From an uncultured Helicobacter sp. (GTDB lineage Bacteria > Campylobacterota > Campylobacteria > Campylobacterales > UBA6016): a stretch of DNA of 64,000 nt. The notes under the pieces are model-generated. The model was not told the origin of the DNA, made no database searches, and saw only the letters and a program-made list of their open reading frames with translations. A program made the position numbers and the translations under genes. Below, in pieces: positions 34,272 to 44,085 of the stretch. The DNA lies in contig CAZVTM010000005.1 of NCBI GenBank assembly GCA_964630205.1, positions 15,745 to 79,744 on the forward strand, read 5' to 3'. How positions within the stretch are numbered: position 1 is the first letter of the stretch; each line of letters starts with the position of its first letter.

Positions 34272-35093
34272 GTGATGTTATCGCATACCGTATTTTCACT
34301 ACCGTTTATACTTATCGCCATGATAGTTGCTTCAAAGGGCTTTCCTCCGATATATTTATTGATTTTGGGCATTATGGCTGCTTTTTTTGCCAGAACGTTT
34401 GCGATGGGGGTCAATAGATTTGCCGATAGAAAATTTGATGCAAAAAATCCCCGTACAGCCTCAAGGCCAAGCGTAGACGGCAGGGTATCGGCTACTATGC
34501 AGCTGGTAGTAATAACGGCTTGCGCCGTCGGATTCATAGCGGTATCTTTCGCCATCAACGAGCTTGCATTTGCTCTATCTTTCGCATTTTTGCCGATTTT
34601 GGCAGCTTACTCATATTTCAAACGTTTCTCATCTGCGGCGCATCTGGTACTCGGATTATCTCTTGCTCTAGCCCCTATAGCCGGAGAGATAGCGGTGAGC
34701 GAAAGCGTATCGGCCTGGAGTATACTACTCGCACTTGGGGTATTGTTTTGGGTAGCCGGATTTGATATTTTTTACGCCCTTCAGGATATGGAATTTGACA
34801 AGAAAGAGGGGCTGTATTCCATCCCTTCCGTTTTCGGCGAAAAAGCATCGCTCAATTTTGCCGCTGCTTTTCATACTCTAACCGTTCTCTTTTGGTTTTT
34901 GTTTATAGGATATGCCAATTTATCCATGATATCGATGTCGGCAGTTGCCGTAGCGGCAGTGTTGCTCGGATATGAACATTTTTTGGTACGTCGTGACAGC
35001 AGCGCAATCAATAAAGCGTTTTTCACGGTTAACGGATATCTCGGAATACTATTTTTTGCCCTTGTCGGGGTGGATATTTGGATACATCAATGA
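34272..35093 (+). CDS. mqnP: UbiA-family prenyltransferase MqnP; N-terminus probably extends to TTG 34205 across a frameshift
   Basis: HTVFSLPF, NRFADRKFDAKNPRT, YSYFKRF, GFDIFYALQD, AFFTVNG. Confidence 0.88.
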   Translation: MMLSHTVFSLPFILIAMIVASKGFPPIYLLILGIMAAFFARTFAMGVNRFADRKFDAKNPRTASRPSVDGRVSATMQLVVITACAVGFIAVSFAINELAFALSFAFLPILAAYSYFKRFSSAAHLVLGLSLALAPIAGEIAVSESVSAWSILLALGVLFWVAGFDIFYALQDMEFDKKEGLYSIPSVFGEKASLNFAAAFHTLTVLFWFLFIGYANLSMISMSAVAVAAVLLGYEHFLVRRDSSAINKAFFTVNGYLGILFFALVGVDIWIHQ

Positions 35094-35596
35094 AATTAGT
35101 AAGAACCACAGCCACAATAAGCTACGAAGAGGCAAACGATCGCCTGGGTGAATTTGAGAGAGAGTTCGAATCTTTCAGCTCCACCGATACAAACCCGGTA
35201 GATGACTTCATCCAAAAGATGAAAGCTAAAGAGGGAAAGAATGCGCCGGACGAAATGACTATAATGCTCATTGCGGAGCTACACAAAAAAATAGACGACC
35301 TGACAAAAATAGTAAAAGGGGAGACTGAAAGCTTTATACCCCTATCGTACAACACACAGCTCAATTTTGCTTGGTTTGATACGATAAAACTAGACAATCT
35401 AAAACAGGGTCAGCTATACTACGCAAGGATAAATTTGCCGCTGTTTCGCTCAAGGCAAATACCTTTTTTCTTTGAAGCGACAGATAGTGAATATGCGACA
35501 ATAGTCAAGATGTGGCCTAAAGATAAGGCTGATTTTGATGGATATTTGGCTTCGAAAGATAGAGAAGAGATAGCAAGGGATAAGGCTTTTAAATGA
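35078..35596 (+). CDS. Conserved cytoplasmic protein, probable FlgX-like (degenerate PilZ-type) stator chaperone
   Basis: First gene after mqnP, as recalled for Cj0163c; C-terminal FDGYLASKDRE helix resembles PilZ-type tails. Confidence 0.45.
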   Translation: MDTSMKLVRTTATISYEEANDRLGEFEREFESFSSTDTNPVDDFIQKMKAKEGKNAPDEMTIMLIAELHKKIDDLTKIVKGETESFIPLSYNTQLNFAWFDTIKLDNLKQGQLYYARINLPLFRSRQIPFFFEATDSEYATIVKMWPKDKADFDGYLASKDREEIARDKAFK

Positions 35597-36078
35597 TGGA
35601 TTTAATACTTGTAGCTCTCATCAGCATAGCGGTTTTTTTCCTTTTCATATTTGTCTATATCAGAGAGAGTGCTATAAATAAAAAGCTAAAGCTATATGAA
35701 AAAACATTCGACCTTATAAACCAAAACCTCCACAGGCTCGAAAAAGAGGTAAAAGCCAAAAGCGTCACCGCAAAAGAGGGTGGAATGTCTGTTAGTGAAC
35801 TGGAGGAATTTTCGGAAGTCAGTCGGGTAATCATAGACAAATTTCACGAACTTCAAAAGGATAATCTGGAGTTCAAAGAGAGCCTCGTGGAGAAGTATCT
35901 TGATCTGGAAAACAAGATGAAGCCCCTCACCTCCGTCACACCAAGCTCTACCGGGTTAGATGAGAATAAAATAGTATCCCTATTTTCAAACGGTTTTTCA
36001 ATAGAAGAGATAGCCAAACAACTTCGTATCGGCACTGGCGAAGTAGAATTCGTACTCAAACTTCACGATATAAAATAG
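35593..36078 (+). CDS. Membrane-anchored coiled-coil protein with C-terminal HTH (DUF6115-like)
   Basis: N-terminal TM; GFSIEEIAKQLRIGTGEVEFVL. Confidence 0.75.
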   Translation: MMDLILVALISIAVFFLFIFVYIRESAINKKLKLYEKTFDLINQNLHRLEKEVKAKSVTAKEGGMSVSELEEFSEVSRVIIDKFHELQKDNLEFKESLVEKYLDLENKMKPLTSVTPSSTGLDENKIVSLFSNGFSIEEIAKQLRIGTGEVEFVLKLHDIK

Positions 36079-36079
36079 G

Positions 36080-37342
36080 CTACTGCGCCATTATTACATC
36101 CATTGGATTTATCAGCACGTCCTCCTTTGTTATTTCAAACGTTAGCTCCCTGTCCACCCTGCCGACTACCGCACCTTGTTCTATCCTTTTGCCAGCCTGC
36201 ACAGTCGGGGCTATTTTTGTCAGGTGGGCGTAGATTGAGTGCAGATTGCCCTCGTGCTGCACTATGACCACATTGCCCAAAGCCGCCACAGACTTGGCAA
36301 ATACCACTTTCCCATCCATGATATTTTTGACCATAACATCTTGAGAGTTTGAACGAAGCGTTACCGAGTCGTTATGTATCCGTATCTTGTATATAGGATC
36401 GATATAGGGACCAAACTGTTTTACAACCTTAAAGCTCTCAAGAGGACCAGGCACTTTACGCCCGGTATATCTAGCCGACTTTGTAGCTTGATACGAAGAG
36501 CCCATCATTTTAACGTCGTCATTTAGCTGTACGTCGTCTATATTTATATCACTAGGCTGTTTTTGTGCAGCGGCAGTCTTTGGCGCAGCTTTTGGCTTGG
36601 CTTTTGCCGCCTCCGCAAGTCTTTGGCGCTTGAGTATGTTGAGCTGTTCTAGAGTAGCCCTGGCTTGTTGCTGCTCTTTTGCAAGTTTTTCAAGTCTAGC
36701 CTTGTAATTTTCGACTTGCCTTTGAATTTTGGCGATAGTCCGCACCCTCTCCTCTTTTGTTTGGGCAAGCTTTAGTTTTTTTTGTTCAAGTGCGCTCATT
36801 GAGTTTTTAATGTGTTTTATCTTTGTCTCCAGCTCGGCTATCATCCTTTGCCTTACCATATATTCGGCTTTGAGTTTGGCGACATATCCGGATACGGCTT
36901 TAGTCAAAGTCTTTGAAAGCTGCGCCCTGACTATATCCTCTTCGCCGGAAGGCTGTGTACCTTCAAGCACAAGCGAGGCAGAAAGGTCTTTCGCCAATAT
37001 CGCTATTAGCTTTTTTTCAAGTTCCGCCTTTTCATTTTCAAGCTTCTTTTTTTGCTCCTCTATTCTGCCCACTTCTACTGTTTTTTGCTGATGCTCTACT
37101 CCTAGCTTCGCAACATCCGCTTCAAGGCTTACTATTTGGGCGTCAAGACTTTTTATCTTATTTTGCTCTTCAATAATATCTTTTGCGGCTTCGTCTATAG
37201 AGCTAGATAACTTGCTGTATTCTTTTCCTTTTTGCGCTATCTGCGACTGCATTTTTTTGATATCTTTATCTATGGCGACCGTAGACGTAGGGGCGGCAAA
37301 AGCAATAGCGCAAGCCGAAAACCAAAAAAACGTCAACCTCAA
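36080..37342 (-). CDS. envC: Murein hydrolase activator EnvC family (coiled coil plus M23 domain)
   Basis: Signal peptide, long coiled coil, GNVVIVQH...SIYAHL; follows ftsEX. Confidence 0.85.
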   Translation of the reverse strand: MRLTFFWFSACAIAFAAPTSTVAIDKDIKKMQSQIAQKGKEYSKLSSSIDEAAKDIIEEQNKIKSLDAQIVSLEADVAKLGVEHQQKTVEVGRIEEQKKKLENEKAELEKKLIAILAKDLSASLVLEGTQPSGEEDIVRAQLSKTLTKAVSGYVAKLKAEYMVRQRMIAELETKIKHIKNSMSALEQKKLKLAQTKEERVRTIAKIQRQVENYKARLEKLAKEQQQARATLEQLNILKRQRLAEAAKAKPKAAPKTAAAQKQPSDINIDDVQLNDDVKMMGSSYQATKSARYTGRKVPGPLESFKVVKQFGPYIDPIYKIRIHNDSVTLRSNSQDVMVKNIMDGKVVFAKSVAALGNVVIVQHEGNLHSIYAHLTKIAPTVQAGKRIEQGAVVGRVDRELTFEITKEDVLINPMDVIMAQ

Positions 37343-38151
37343 CTATCAAGCCTTCTAAAAGCAATCATTGAAACGGCAAAAAGCGATACGCCAAGCGATA
37401 GTCCACCGAGGTGCAAAATGCTCTCTTGTATATTAAAAGATATGTTGCCGTCAAGCCCTATGCTTTTTAGATACAAAGCTGTTTCCGGCGATATCGATAG
37501 GAAGTAAAAACCCCCAACGGTAATCGCAACCGCAAAGAAAGAGTCCACTATTGCCATCTTGATAAGAACTACGCTCCTCATCCATACGGGAGCACCGAAT
37601 ATCGCCATTATCTGCATCCTAGAGATATGTTCAAACCTCCACACCTCCATAGATTTCACAAAAAGAAGGATATTAAACACTAATACTATTGCCAAATATG
37701 CAACAACCCCCGATTTAAAAGCATCCAAAAGATTTGATATAGAATTTTGAGTTCTGGCAAAACTTTCGACTTTAATAACGCCGTGAAGCGATTTGATGGA
37801 ATGGGTAATAGATTTTAGCTCTTCTTTTGTCGGATAAGTCTTTAACTTTATCCTATAAAAAGAGGGGAGCGAGGTCTGAAGTTGTTGGTATACTTCAGGA
37901 GCGAGGTCGTTACTAAAACCGGCAAAAAAAGGCTTTGCATCTATCTCCTCGGCGCTTGCAACAAGATATGAGCTTTTTTTGAAGCTGTGCTCCTCTATTT
38001 TTTGCGCCGATACGGCTACTATCGAATATTCATTTGCAAGCTTTTTCTCATACGAGACGGTAAGCTCGCCTATCGTAATGTAAAGCTGATAGCTAAAAAG
38101 CAAAGCTACCAAGGAAAATATCAGCGTTATATGGCTTTTAAGGTATTTCAT
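37339..38151 (-). CDS. ftsX: Cell division permease FtsX
   Basis: 4-TM permease with RMQIMAIFGAP; follows ftsE. Start at MKYLKSH. Confidence 0.88.
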   Translation of the reverse strand: MKYLKSHITLIFSLVALLFSYQLYITIGELTVSYEKKLANEYSIVAVSAQKIEEHSFKKSSYLVASAEEIDAKPFFAGFSNDLAPEVYQQLQTSLPSFYRIKLKTYPTKEELKSITHSIKSLHGVIKVESFARTQNSISNLLDAFKSGVVAYLAIVLVFNILLFVKSMEVWRFEHISRMQIMAIFGAPVWMRSVVLIKMAIVDSFFAVAITVGGFYFLSISPETALYLKSIGLDGNISFNIQESILHLGGLSLGVSLFAVSMIAFRRLDS

Positions 38152-38806
38152 GGATAGTTCCATTTTCGATATGAAGGGTTTTATACGGAAGCTCAAATCG
38201 ACTAGGTATATGGTGCGTAGCTATCAATACGGTTATTCCGCAAGAGTGTGCAGTCTTTAGAAGCTCCATAACAACCTCCGATGAATACTCATCTAGGTTT
38301 CCAGTAGGCTCGTCGGCTACTATTATAAGCGGACTATGGACAAGCGCTCTGGCCACCGCCGCCCTTTGCTGCTCACCACCCGATAGCTCATCCGGGTAAT
38401 CTTCGGCTTTATGTGTAAGCTTGACGTGACTAAGTAGCTTTGAGGTCTGCTGCTCACATATGTCAGCACCGTATCCGGCTATGATAAGCGGAAGCATCAC
38501 GTTTTTTTTGATATTCCACTCCTCTATCAGCTTGTAGTCTTGAAACACGAGTCCCATTTTGCGCCTGAGATTTGTCAGTTTGCCGCTGCCGGCTCTGAGC
38601 ATATTGACTCCCGCAACCTCAAGCACACCGCTTCTAGGCCTAATGCCGCCGTATAATGACTTGATAAGCGTGGTTTTACCGCTGCCACTTGGGCCGGTCA
38701 AAAATACGAATTCACCTTTGCCGATTGAGAAGTTGCCGTTGTTTATGACGGATTCTTGCTTTTTGTAGCCAAGTACCAGATTTTGCGCGTTAACTATTTT
38801 TTCCAT
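38138..38806 (-). CDS. ftsE: Cell division ATP-binding protein FtsE
   Basis: GPSGSGKTT, VFQDYKL, LSGGEQQR, ADEPTGNLD, ATH. Confidence 0.92.
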   Translation of the reverse strand: MEKIVNAQNLVLGYKKQESVINNGNFSIGKGEFVFLTGPSGSGKTTLIKSLYGGIRPRSGVLEVAGVNMLRAGSGKLTNLRRKMGLVFQDYKLIEEWNIKKNVMLPLIIAGYGADICEQQTSKLLSHVKLTHKAEDYPDELSGGEQQRAAVARALVHSPLIIVADEPTGNLDEYSSEVVMELLKTAHSCGITVLIATHHIPSRFELPYKTLHIENGTIHEIP

Positions 38807-39956
38807 ACAAAAACTCTTTTATAATTCTATGCGCCGCGATACTGCCCTCGGCACAAAGCGGGGCAAACGGATAATATGACACTTTGCCGCCTATTGATAC
38901 GATATATCTACTATCCGGCCTAGTGCTATCGCCAAATGTCACTTTTAATGCGAAGTTACCGCTTTTTGAAAAAAGTAAATCGTCAAAGCTTACCAAAATG
39001 CCGTTACTAATCATAGCTTCTTTGGGTAGATTTTTTAAAATATCAGTATCAACAATCCCCTCAAAAGAGAAATCCGCCTCTTTTTTTTGCGATGCATCAC
39101 TTTTTTCTGGATAAAACCTCATCTCAAAAATGTCTTTCCCTTTCCGTAGCCACCTATCTTCATACTTACTGACTATCTCGGCGGGCTCGTTTTTTTTGAC
39201 CTCAAGCCTTGATTTTGGGAGGCTCATCGCTTCGCAAAACGAATACTCGAAGTAATCCCTATCATCGCTACGCAGTTCTACAAAACCGCCATCTTTTAGC
39301 GCAGCCGAGCAGCTCCTCAAAAACTTCTCGGATATCACACGTCTAGTCGGACTATCAGGCCAAGGGACAGGAAAGTGGACATAGACCTCGCTGAGGGAAC
39401 CCTCCTTCATCGTCTCAATCAACAGCCTTGCGTCAAAATCTACCAAATATACATTATCTATCCCCTCTAGCTCGCACCGCCTACGAACCTGTTCAATAGA
39501 GGGCTTATATATCTCTATACCTATAAATTTTTTATTTGGCTCCTCTTTCGCACGGTACAACAAATGCCTGCCGCTACCAAAGCCGACTTCCACCGCAACA
39601 TCCGAGTCAAAAAACTCCGGATGCGAGCAAAAATAGAGAGGATCAAGAAGTTTGTCTGATTTTGGTTTTATCTTTTTTTGTTCAAGATTTGACGATACGA
39701 TATTACCGCAAAAGGCGTCGCAAAAGGCGGCTATAGCCCCTTTTGTGGTATTGAGATCTGATGGTCTCGTATTTTTGTCGGGCTTGACAAGATATGCGTC
39801 ACCTTTTTGACGGACGGAGAGCGCAAAGCTAAATCCGTCAAGCTCCACAAAAGCAAGTGAGTAACGTCTGCTCTCAAAAAAATCTACCAGCTTCATATCG
39901 CCCACTTGTGCGGCGGCAATCTCACCCTTGATACTATCTACAAAAGCGTGAGGCAA
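38790..39956 (-). CDS. trmB: tRNA (guanine-N7)-methyltransferase, long Campylobacterota form
   Basis: EVGFGSGRH, GIEIYKP, HFPVPW, LRSDD, SKYEDRW. Confidence 0.92.
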   Translation of the reverse strand: MPHAFVDSIKGEIAAAQVGDMKLVDFFESRRYSLAFVELDGFSFALSVRQKGDAYLVKPDKNTRPSDLNTTKGAIAAFCDAFCGNIVSSNLEQKKIKPKSDKLLDPLYFCSHPEFFDSDVAVEVGFGSGRHLLYRAKEEPNKKFIGIEIYKPSIEQVRRRCELEGIDNVYLVDFDARLLIETMKEGSLSEVYVHFPVPWPDSPTRRVISEKFLRSCSAALKDGGFVELRSDDRDYFEYSFCEAMSLPKSRLEVKKNEPAEIVSKYEDRWLRKGKDIFEMRFYPEKSDASQKKEADFSFEGIVDTDILKNLPKEAMISNGILVSFDDLLFSKSGNFALKVTFGDSTRPDSRYIVSIGGKVSYYPFAPLCAEGSIAAHRIIKEFLYGKNS

Positions 39957-41195
39957 TCAAAGCCCCTTTGGAACAAACAGCTCCACTTCATCGCTCGGCT
40001 TGCTTACTATACCGTCTCTATCTACGGCCTCTATATAATATTGGTATTTTTGTCCGAGATCTACGTCTTTATCTTCAAAATTGAAGCCTTTAATGTCTGT
40101 AAAAGTAATGCTTTGCTTATTTAAAAAGCTTCCCCATTTTTTGGTTATTTTAAACGTCACAGGCTCTTTTTCATTTGTAGTCCAGGCTAGGTGAACCCTG
40201 TTTTCCTTGATTGTGGCAAGCGTAAACGTAGGGGTAAGCGGCTTAGGTCTAGTCACGCCGGTGGCTGAAAGCTCAAACGGGCTCTCAAGACCGTCTTTAT
40301 CAACTACCGAAACCTTGTAATATCTCACTTCGCCGTCACCGTCTATCTTATCCAAAAACTTTTTCTCAACCCCGGTATAAACGACTCCATATTTTGAATC
40401 AGGCTTATCTGCTCTATATAGATTGAATTTATCAAAATCTTTTTGCTCGGGGGCATCCCAGCTTACCGCTATTTGTTTTGGCAGGTCTTTTGTCGCAAAT
40501 ATCGAAGTAGCCGCAAGAGGGAGTTTTTTGGTCGTTACGGTCACTGTCTCGCTAGGTTTTGAGTATGAGCCGTCAAACGTCTTTGCTATTACCCTATAAT
40601 GATACGTTTTGCCGCTTTGTACCTTGGTATCTATGTATTCGGCCATCAATCTAGGGGATACATTTGCTATATCGTCCCAATTTTTATCATTTTCTCCGCT
40701 TTTTTGGATGACATATTCAACAACATCGGGACTTACGTGAGGTCTCCAGATGATTTTAGCCCGCTCAGGTAGATTGCTTATCGCCGCTATAAAGCTAATA
40801 GGCTCCATTACAGGGGCTGTTTTTACGCTAACTACGGTAGTTGCATCAGACTCTACTCCATCTTTTGTGAAAGAGGAAAATCTATATGAATAGCTTGTAT
40901 CGACCTTGAGCCCCGTATCGGCATAATGAGAGGTAAATCTATCTTTCACTGTAGCTATAAGCTCCGAACCGCCGCCTTCCGTGCCTCTATAAATCTTGTA
41001 TCCTTCTATCGACGGATTTGCAGTGTATTCCCATTCAAAGCCTATAGATGTCCTATCGCTAATTGTTCTGACGTTTGTCGGCTTCGGTAGATTAGGGTCT
41101 ATTTTTGGTCTATCTAGCAAAGAATCTTTGTTTGCGCAACCGCTAACAAGAAGTGTCAAAAAGAGAGCAGATAAAGCCTTGCTCCAATATCTCAT
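39957..41195 (-). CDS. flpA: Fibronectin type III repeat lipoprotein (FlpA-like)
   Basis: Lipobox LVSGC; repeated FN3 signatures (YKIYRG, YSYRFSS, YHYRVIA, YYKVSVVD, YQYYIEAVD). Confidence 0.8.
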   Translation of the reverse strand: MRYWSKALSALFLTLLVSGCANKDSLLDRPKIDPNLPKPTNVRTISDRTSIGFEWEYTANPSIEGYKIYRGTEGGGSELIATVKDRFTSHYADTGLKVDTSYSYRFSSFTKDGVESDATTVVSVKTAPVMEPISFIAAISNLPERAKIIWRPHVSPDVVEYVIQKSGENDKNWDDIANVSPRLMAEYIDTKVQSGKTYHYRVIAKTFDGSYSKPSETVTVTTKKLPLAATSIFATKDLPKQIAVSWDAPEQKDFDKFNLYRADKPDSKYGVVYTGVEKKFLDKIDGDGEVRYYKVSVVDKDGLESPFELSATGVTRPKPLTPTFTLATIKENRVHLAWTTNEKEPVTFKITKKWGSFLNKQSITFTDIKGFNFEDKDVDLGQKYQYYIEAVDRDGIVSKPSDEVELFVPKGL

Positions 41196-42126
41196 CGCTA
41201 TTCTCCTTGGTAAAAAGTCTGTTGAAAAGGGTAGTAAAGTCGCTAGGCGCGGTATCAAAAAAACTCACTTTTTCTTTTGTAATCGGATGAAAAAAGTACA
41301 AAACTGCCGCATGAAGCATTACCCTGCTTGCCTCTATCTTAGCATTTTGGCTTTTAAAACCGTATAAAGCGTCCCCCATTATATGCCGTCCGATATGGGC
41401 CAAATGCGCTCTTATCTGGTGAGTTCTCCCTGTAAAAAGCTTGGCCGCAATAAGTTCAAATTTACCGTTATCCGAAAGCGTTATTTTTTTGAATGCGCTT
41501 TTGGCCTCCCTCCCCTCTTTTTGTACCGACATTTTGATGCGATTTTTTGGGTTTCTGGCTATTTTGGCGTCCACGATTACATCTTCTTTAAGCGGCGGTT
41601 CTATGACGGCAACATAGTATCTTCCCGCACTCTTATCTTTAAACTGAGCCTTTAGTCCATCGGCCGCAACCTCTGTTTTGGCAACAACCATAAGTCCAGA
41701 AGTCTCACGGTCAAGCCTATGCACTATCCCCTCTCTATCCTTGTCGTCAGATGGGGCTAGCTGATATCCGTTTTGCTTTAGCCAATCGACAAGCGTAGAT
41801 TCCCTCGTGCCGCTCCCCTCATGAACCGTAAGACCGGAAGGCTTCGAAACGACAAGTATCGAATCGTCTTCAAAAATTATCTTTGGAACAAGCGTTGACT
41901 CTATAACCGTCTTTTTGAAAAAATCTTCATACTCTCGTATTTCGACGGTATCGCCTACGGACGGCTCATAAGATGCTTTTTGCACCACTCTTCCGCGGAC
42001 ACTACAAAATCCCTCTTCTACGATTTGTTTTGCTTCTTTTCTGGATATATTCAAGGTTGCCGCCAAAAGCGTATCCAAACGATCTTTGGACTCTATTTGC
42101 AGGGTTTTTAAAATTGGGGTTTTCAT
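41143..42126 (-). CDS. rluD: RluA/RluD-family pseudouridine synthase with S4 domain
   Basis: RLDTLL, KPSGLTVH, HRLDRETSG, TGRTHQIRAH, MLHA. Confidence 0.9.
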   Translation of the reverse strand: MKTPILKTLQIESKDRLDTLLAATLNISRKEAKQIVEEGFCSVRGRVVQKASYEPSVGDTVEIREYEDFFKKTVIESTLVPKIIFEDDSILVVSKPSGLTVHEGSGTRESTLVDWLKQNGYQLAPSDDKDREGIVHRLDRETSGLMVVAKTEVAADGLKAQFKDKSAGRYYVAVIEPPLKEDVIVDAKIARNPKNRIKMSVQKEGREAKSAFKKITLSDNGKFELIAAKLFTGRTHQIRAHLAHIGRHIMGDALYGFKSQNAKIEASRVMLHAAVLYFFHPITKEKVSFFDTAPSDFTTLFNRLFTKENSDEILEQGFICSLFDTSC

Positions 42127-42145
42127 TTGTGTATATTAGGCAAAA

Positions 42146-43282
42146 TTGGCTAAAATCGGCGCAATGATACAGATAGACAGACGGATAATCACCCATTTTG
42201 ACTTTTTTATACCGCTCATAATATTTCCGATAGCGTTATTTTCACTATATCTAATCAGTGAAATCAACAGCTCGCTTGCGGCAAAAGAGATAGCCTATAT
42301 AATCATAGGCGCCGGAGTATTTCTCGCTTTTTCCGTGATACCTATACGTAAACTTACATGGTTGATTCCGATAATCTACTGGATAGATATCATGCTACTG
42401 ATATCGGTCAAGTTTTTCGGCGTATCTATTTTGGGCGCCAAGAGATGGCTTGAAATACCTTTTACCACAATAACCATACAACCGTCGGAAATCATAAAAC
42501 CGGCACTTTTGTTAATGCTTGCCTATATCATCCAAAAAAACCCGCCTCCAGAAGAGGGATATGATCTCAAAACGTTTGCAAAAATATCAATGTACATCTT
42601 TTTGCCGTTTTTCCTTATCGCTATAGAGCCCGATCTCGGTAGTGCCAGCGTCGTTTTAATGCTCGGATTCGGGGTTCTTTTTTTGGTCGGGGTACAGTGG
42701 AGAATATGGGCCATTCTTATCGCCGGATTTTTGGCGGCATCTACGCTTTTGTATGAAGTTGGACTAAAGGATTATCAAAAACAAAGGGTTGAGGACTTTT
42801 TGGCCGAAAAGCCGAGTTATCATGTCCAACAATCAATAATAGCGATAGGTAGCGGAGGCTTTCTCGGGAAAGATAAAGAGGATGCAACGCAGGTTCAGCT
42901 CAAGTTCTTGCCTATTGCCACTACGGATTTTATTTTTGCATACCACGTAGAGCGATTTGGATTTTTTGGGGCCTTGGTGCTCATCTTTACCTATGCGCTT
43001 TTAACGCTTCATGTTTTAGGACTGCGGCAAAAATTTCGCAATGACCCTTTCGGTATGGTGTTTGCCAGCGGAATAGGCGTACTCATATTTGTCTATTCAT
43101 CCATCAATATTGCCATGACTATAGGGCTAGCTCCGGTCGTAGGAATACCGCTTCCGATGTATAGCTACGGTGGTACGAGTTTTGTTACTTTTATGATTCT
43201 TTTTGGAATTTTAGAAAATCTACTTGCTTTTAGATTTAATTTTTTGTATAATTCCGTCTCTTTTTCAAAGCGGAAACGCTAA
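42146..43282 (+). CDS. rodA: Rod shape-determining SEDS protein RodA
   Basis: GAKRW, IQPSE, EPDLG, YHVQQSIIAIGSGG, TDFIF, GIPLPMYSYGGTS. Confidence 0.93.
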   Translation: MAKIGAMIQIDRRIITHFDFFIPLIIFPIALFSLYLISEINSSLAAKEIAYIIIGAGVFLAFSVIPIRKLTWLIPIIYWIDIMLLISVKFFGVSILGAKRWLEIPFTTITIQPSEIIKPALLLMLAYIIQKNPPPEEGYDLKTFAKISMYIFLPFFLIAIEPDLGSASVVLMLGFGVLFLVGVQWRIWAILIAGFLAASTLLYEVGLKDYQKQRVEDFLAEKPSYHVQQSIIAIGSGGFLGKDKEDATQVQLKFLPIATTDFIFAYHVERFGFFGALVLIFTYALLTLHVLGLRQKFRNDPFGMVFASGIGVLIFVYSSINIAMTIGLAPVVGIPLPMYSYGGTSFVTFMILFGILENLLAFRFNFLYNSVSFSKRKR

Positions 43283-43299
43283 AAAAGCTCTTCACAAAC

Positions 43300-43376
43300 G
43301 GGTTCTTAGCTCAGTTGGTTAGAGCAACCGGCTCATAACCGGTTGGTCAGAGGTTCGAGTCCTCTAGAACCCACCA
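43300..43376 (+). tRNA. tRNA with CAT anticodon, non-initiator (probably Ile2/lysidine, otherwise elongator Met)
   Basis: 77-nt cloverleaf GGGTTCT...AGAACCC-ACCA with paired G1-C72; anticodon arm ACCGG-CTCATAA-CCGGT. Confidence 0.95.
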
Positions 43377-43386
43377 CTTTTATAAA

Positions 43387-44085
43387 CTACATCAACAAAG
43401 TTTCACACTCTATAGCTATCGAGTTGTAGGCATCCAAAGCAATATCCATGTATGCACCGAAAGGTTCTATTTCCTCTAGCTCGCTTTCATACTCCGCCAC
43501 ATCCAAAGCTAAAATAGCCTCTTTCAGCTCAAGAATATCGCTTGTCTCTATCGCCCCCTTTGCATAAAGAGTTTTTAATATCTCAGGATTTTTGGACAAA
43601 GCTACGCCAATATCCACAATATCTCTTGTTTTGTTGTCTCTGCGCCTATAGATTATTTTCTTTGCAATAATATCTTCAACGCTTTCGACATAAATATCTC
43701 TACTAAAAAGTGATTTTGTCTTATCAACAAACGCCTCATTGACAAAATCCTGAGCGACCAAAATATCGACTTTGATTTTTTCTCTCGACAAAATCCTGAT
43801 ATGACTTGCCTGGTCGATGTATTGGGTCGGATTGAAGTTTTTGGAATCTTCAATCCAGTGTTTTGGGCTTAGATAGCCTATTATCTGCGGGTCTGTCACA
43901 AACAAATCTATATCAAAACTTCGCCTATGCTGAAAATAATAAATAGCCAGAGCCGTACCGCCGCCAAATCTAATCAGTGAATCGTCTTTGTTGGGCAGAT
44001 TGTCAAAACAATCTTCGATAAAGCCGTTTAGAGCCTTTATCTGCTCCTTGTAGACCTCCTGTACATCAATGTCCACGCAAAACAC
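43387..44085 (-). CDS. AbiEii/AbiGii-family nucleotidyltransferase toxin
   Basis: FGGGTALAIYYFQHRRSFDIDLF, EDIIAKK, KTRDIVD. GTG start at 44085 or 44076 overlaps the upstream stop. Confidence 0.88.
   Translation of the reverse strand: MFCVDIDVQEVYKEQIKALNGFIEDCFDNLPNKDDSLIRFGGGTALAIYYFQHRRSFDIDLFVTDPQIIGYLSPKHWIEDSKNFNPTQYIDQASHIRILSREKIKVDILVAQDFVNEAFVDKTKSLFSRDIYVESVEDIIAKKIIYRRRDNKTRDIVDIGVALSKNPEILKTLYAKGAIETSDILELKEAILALDVAEYESELEEIEPFGAYMDIALDAYNSIAIECETLLM

Noticed and set aside
38790-39956. Unusually long TrmB and short RecG
   Set aside because: Both sizes match what is usual for Campylobacterota orthologs.
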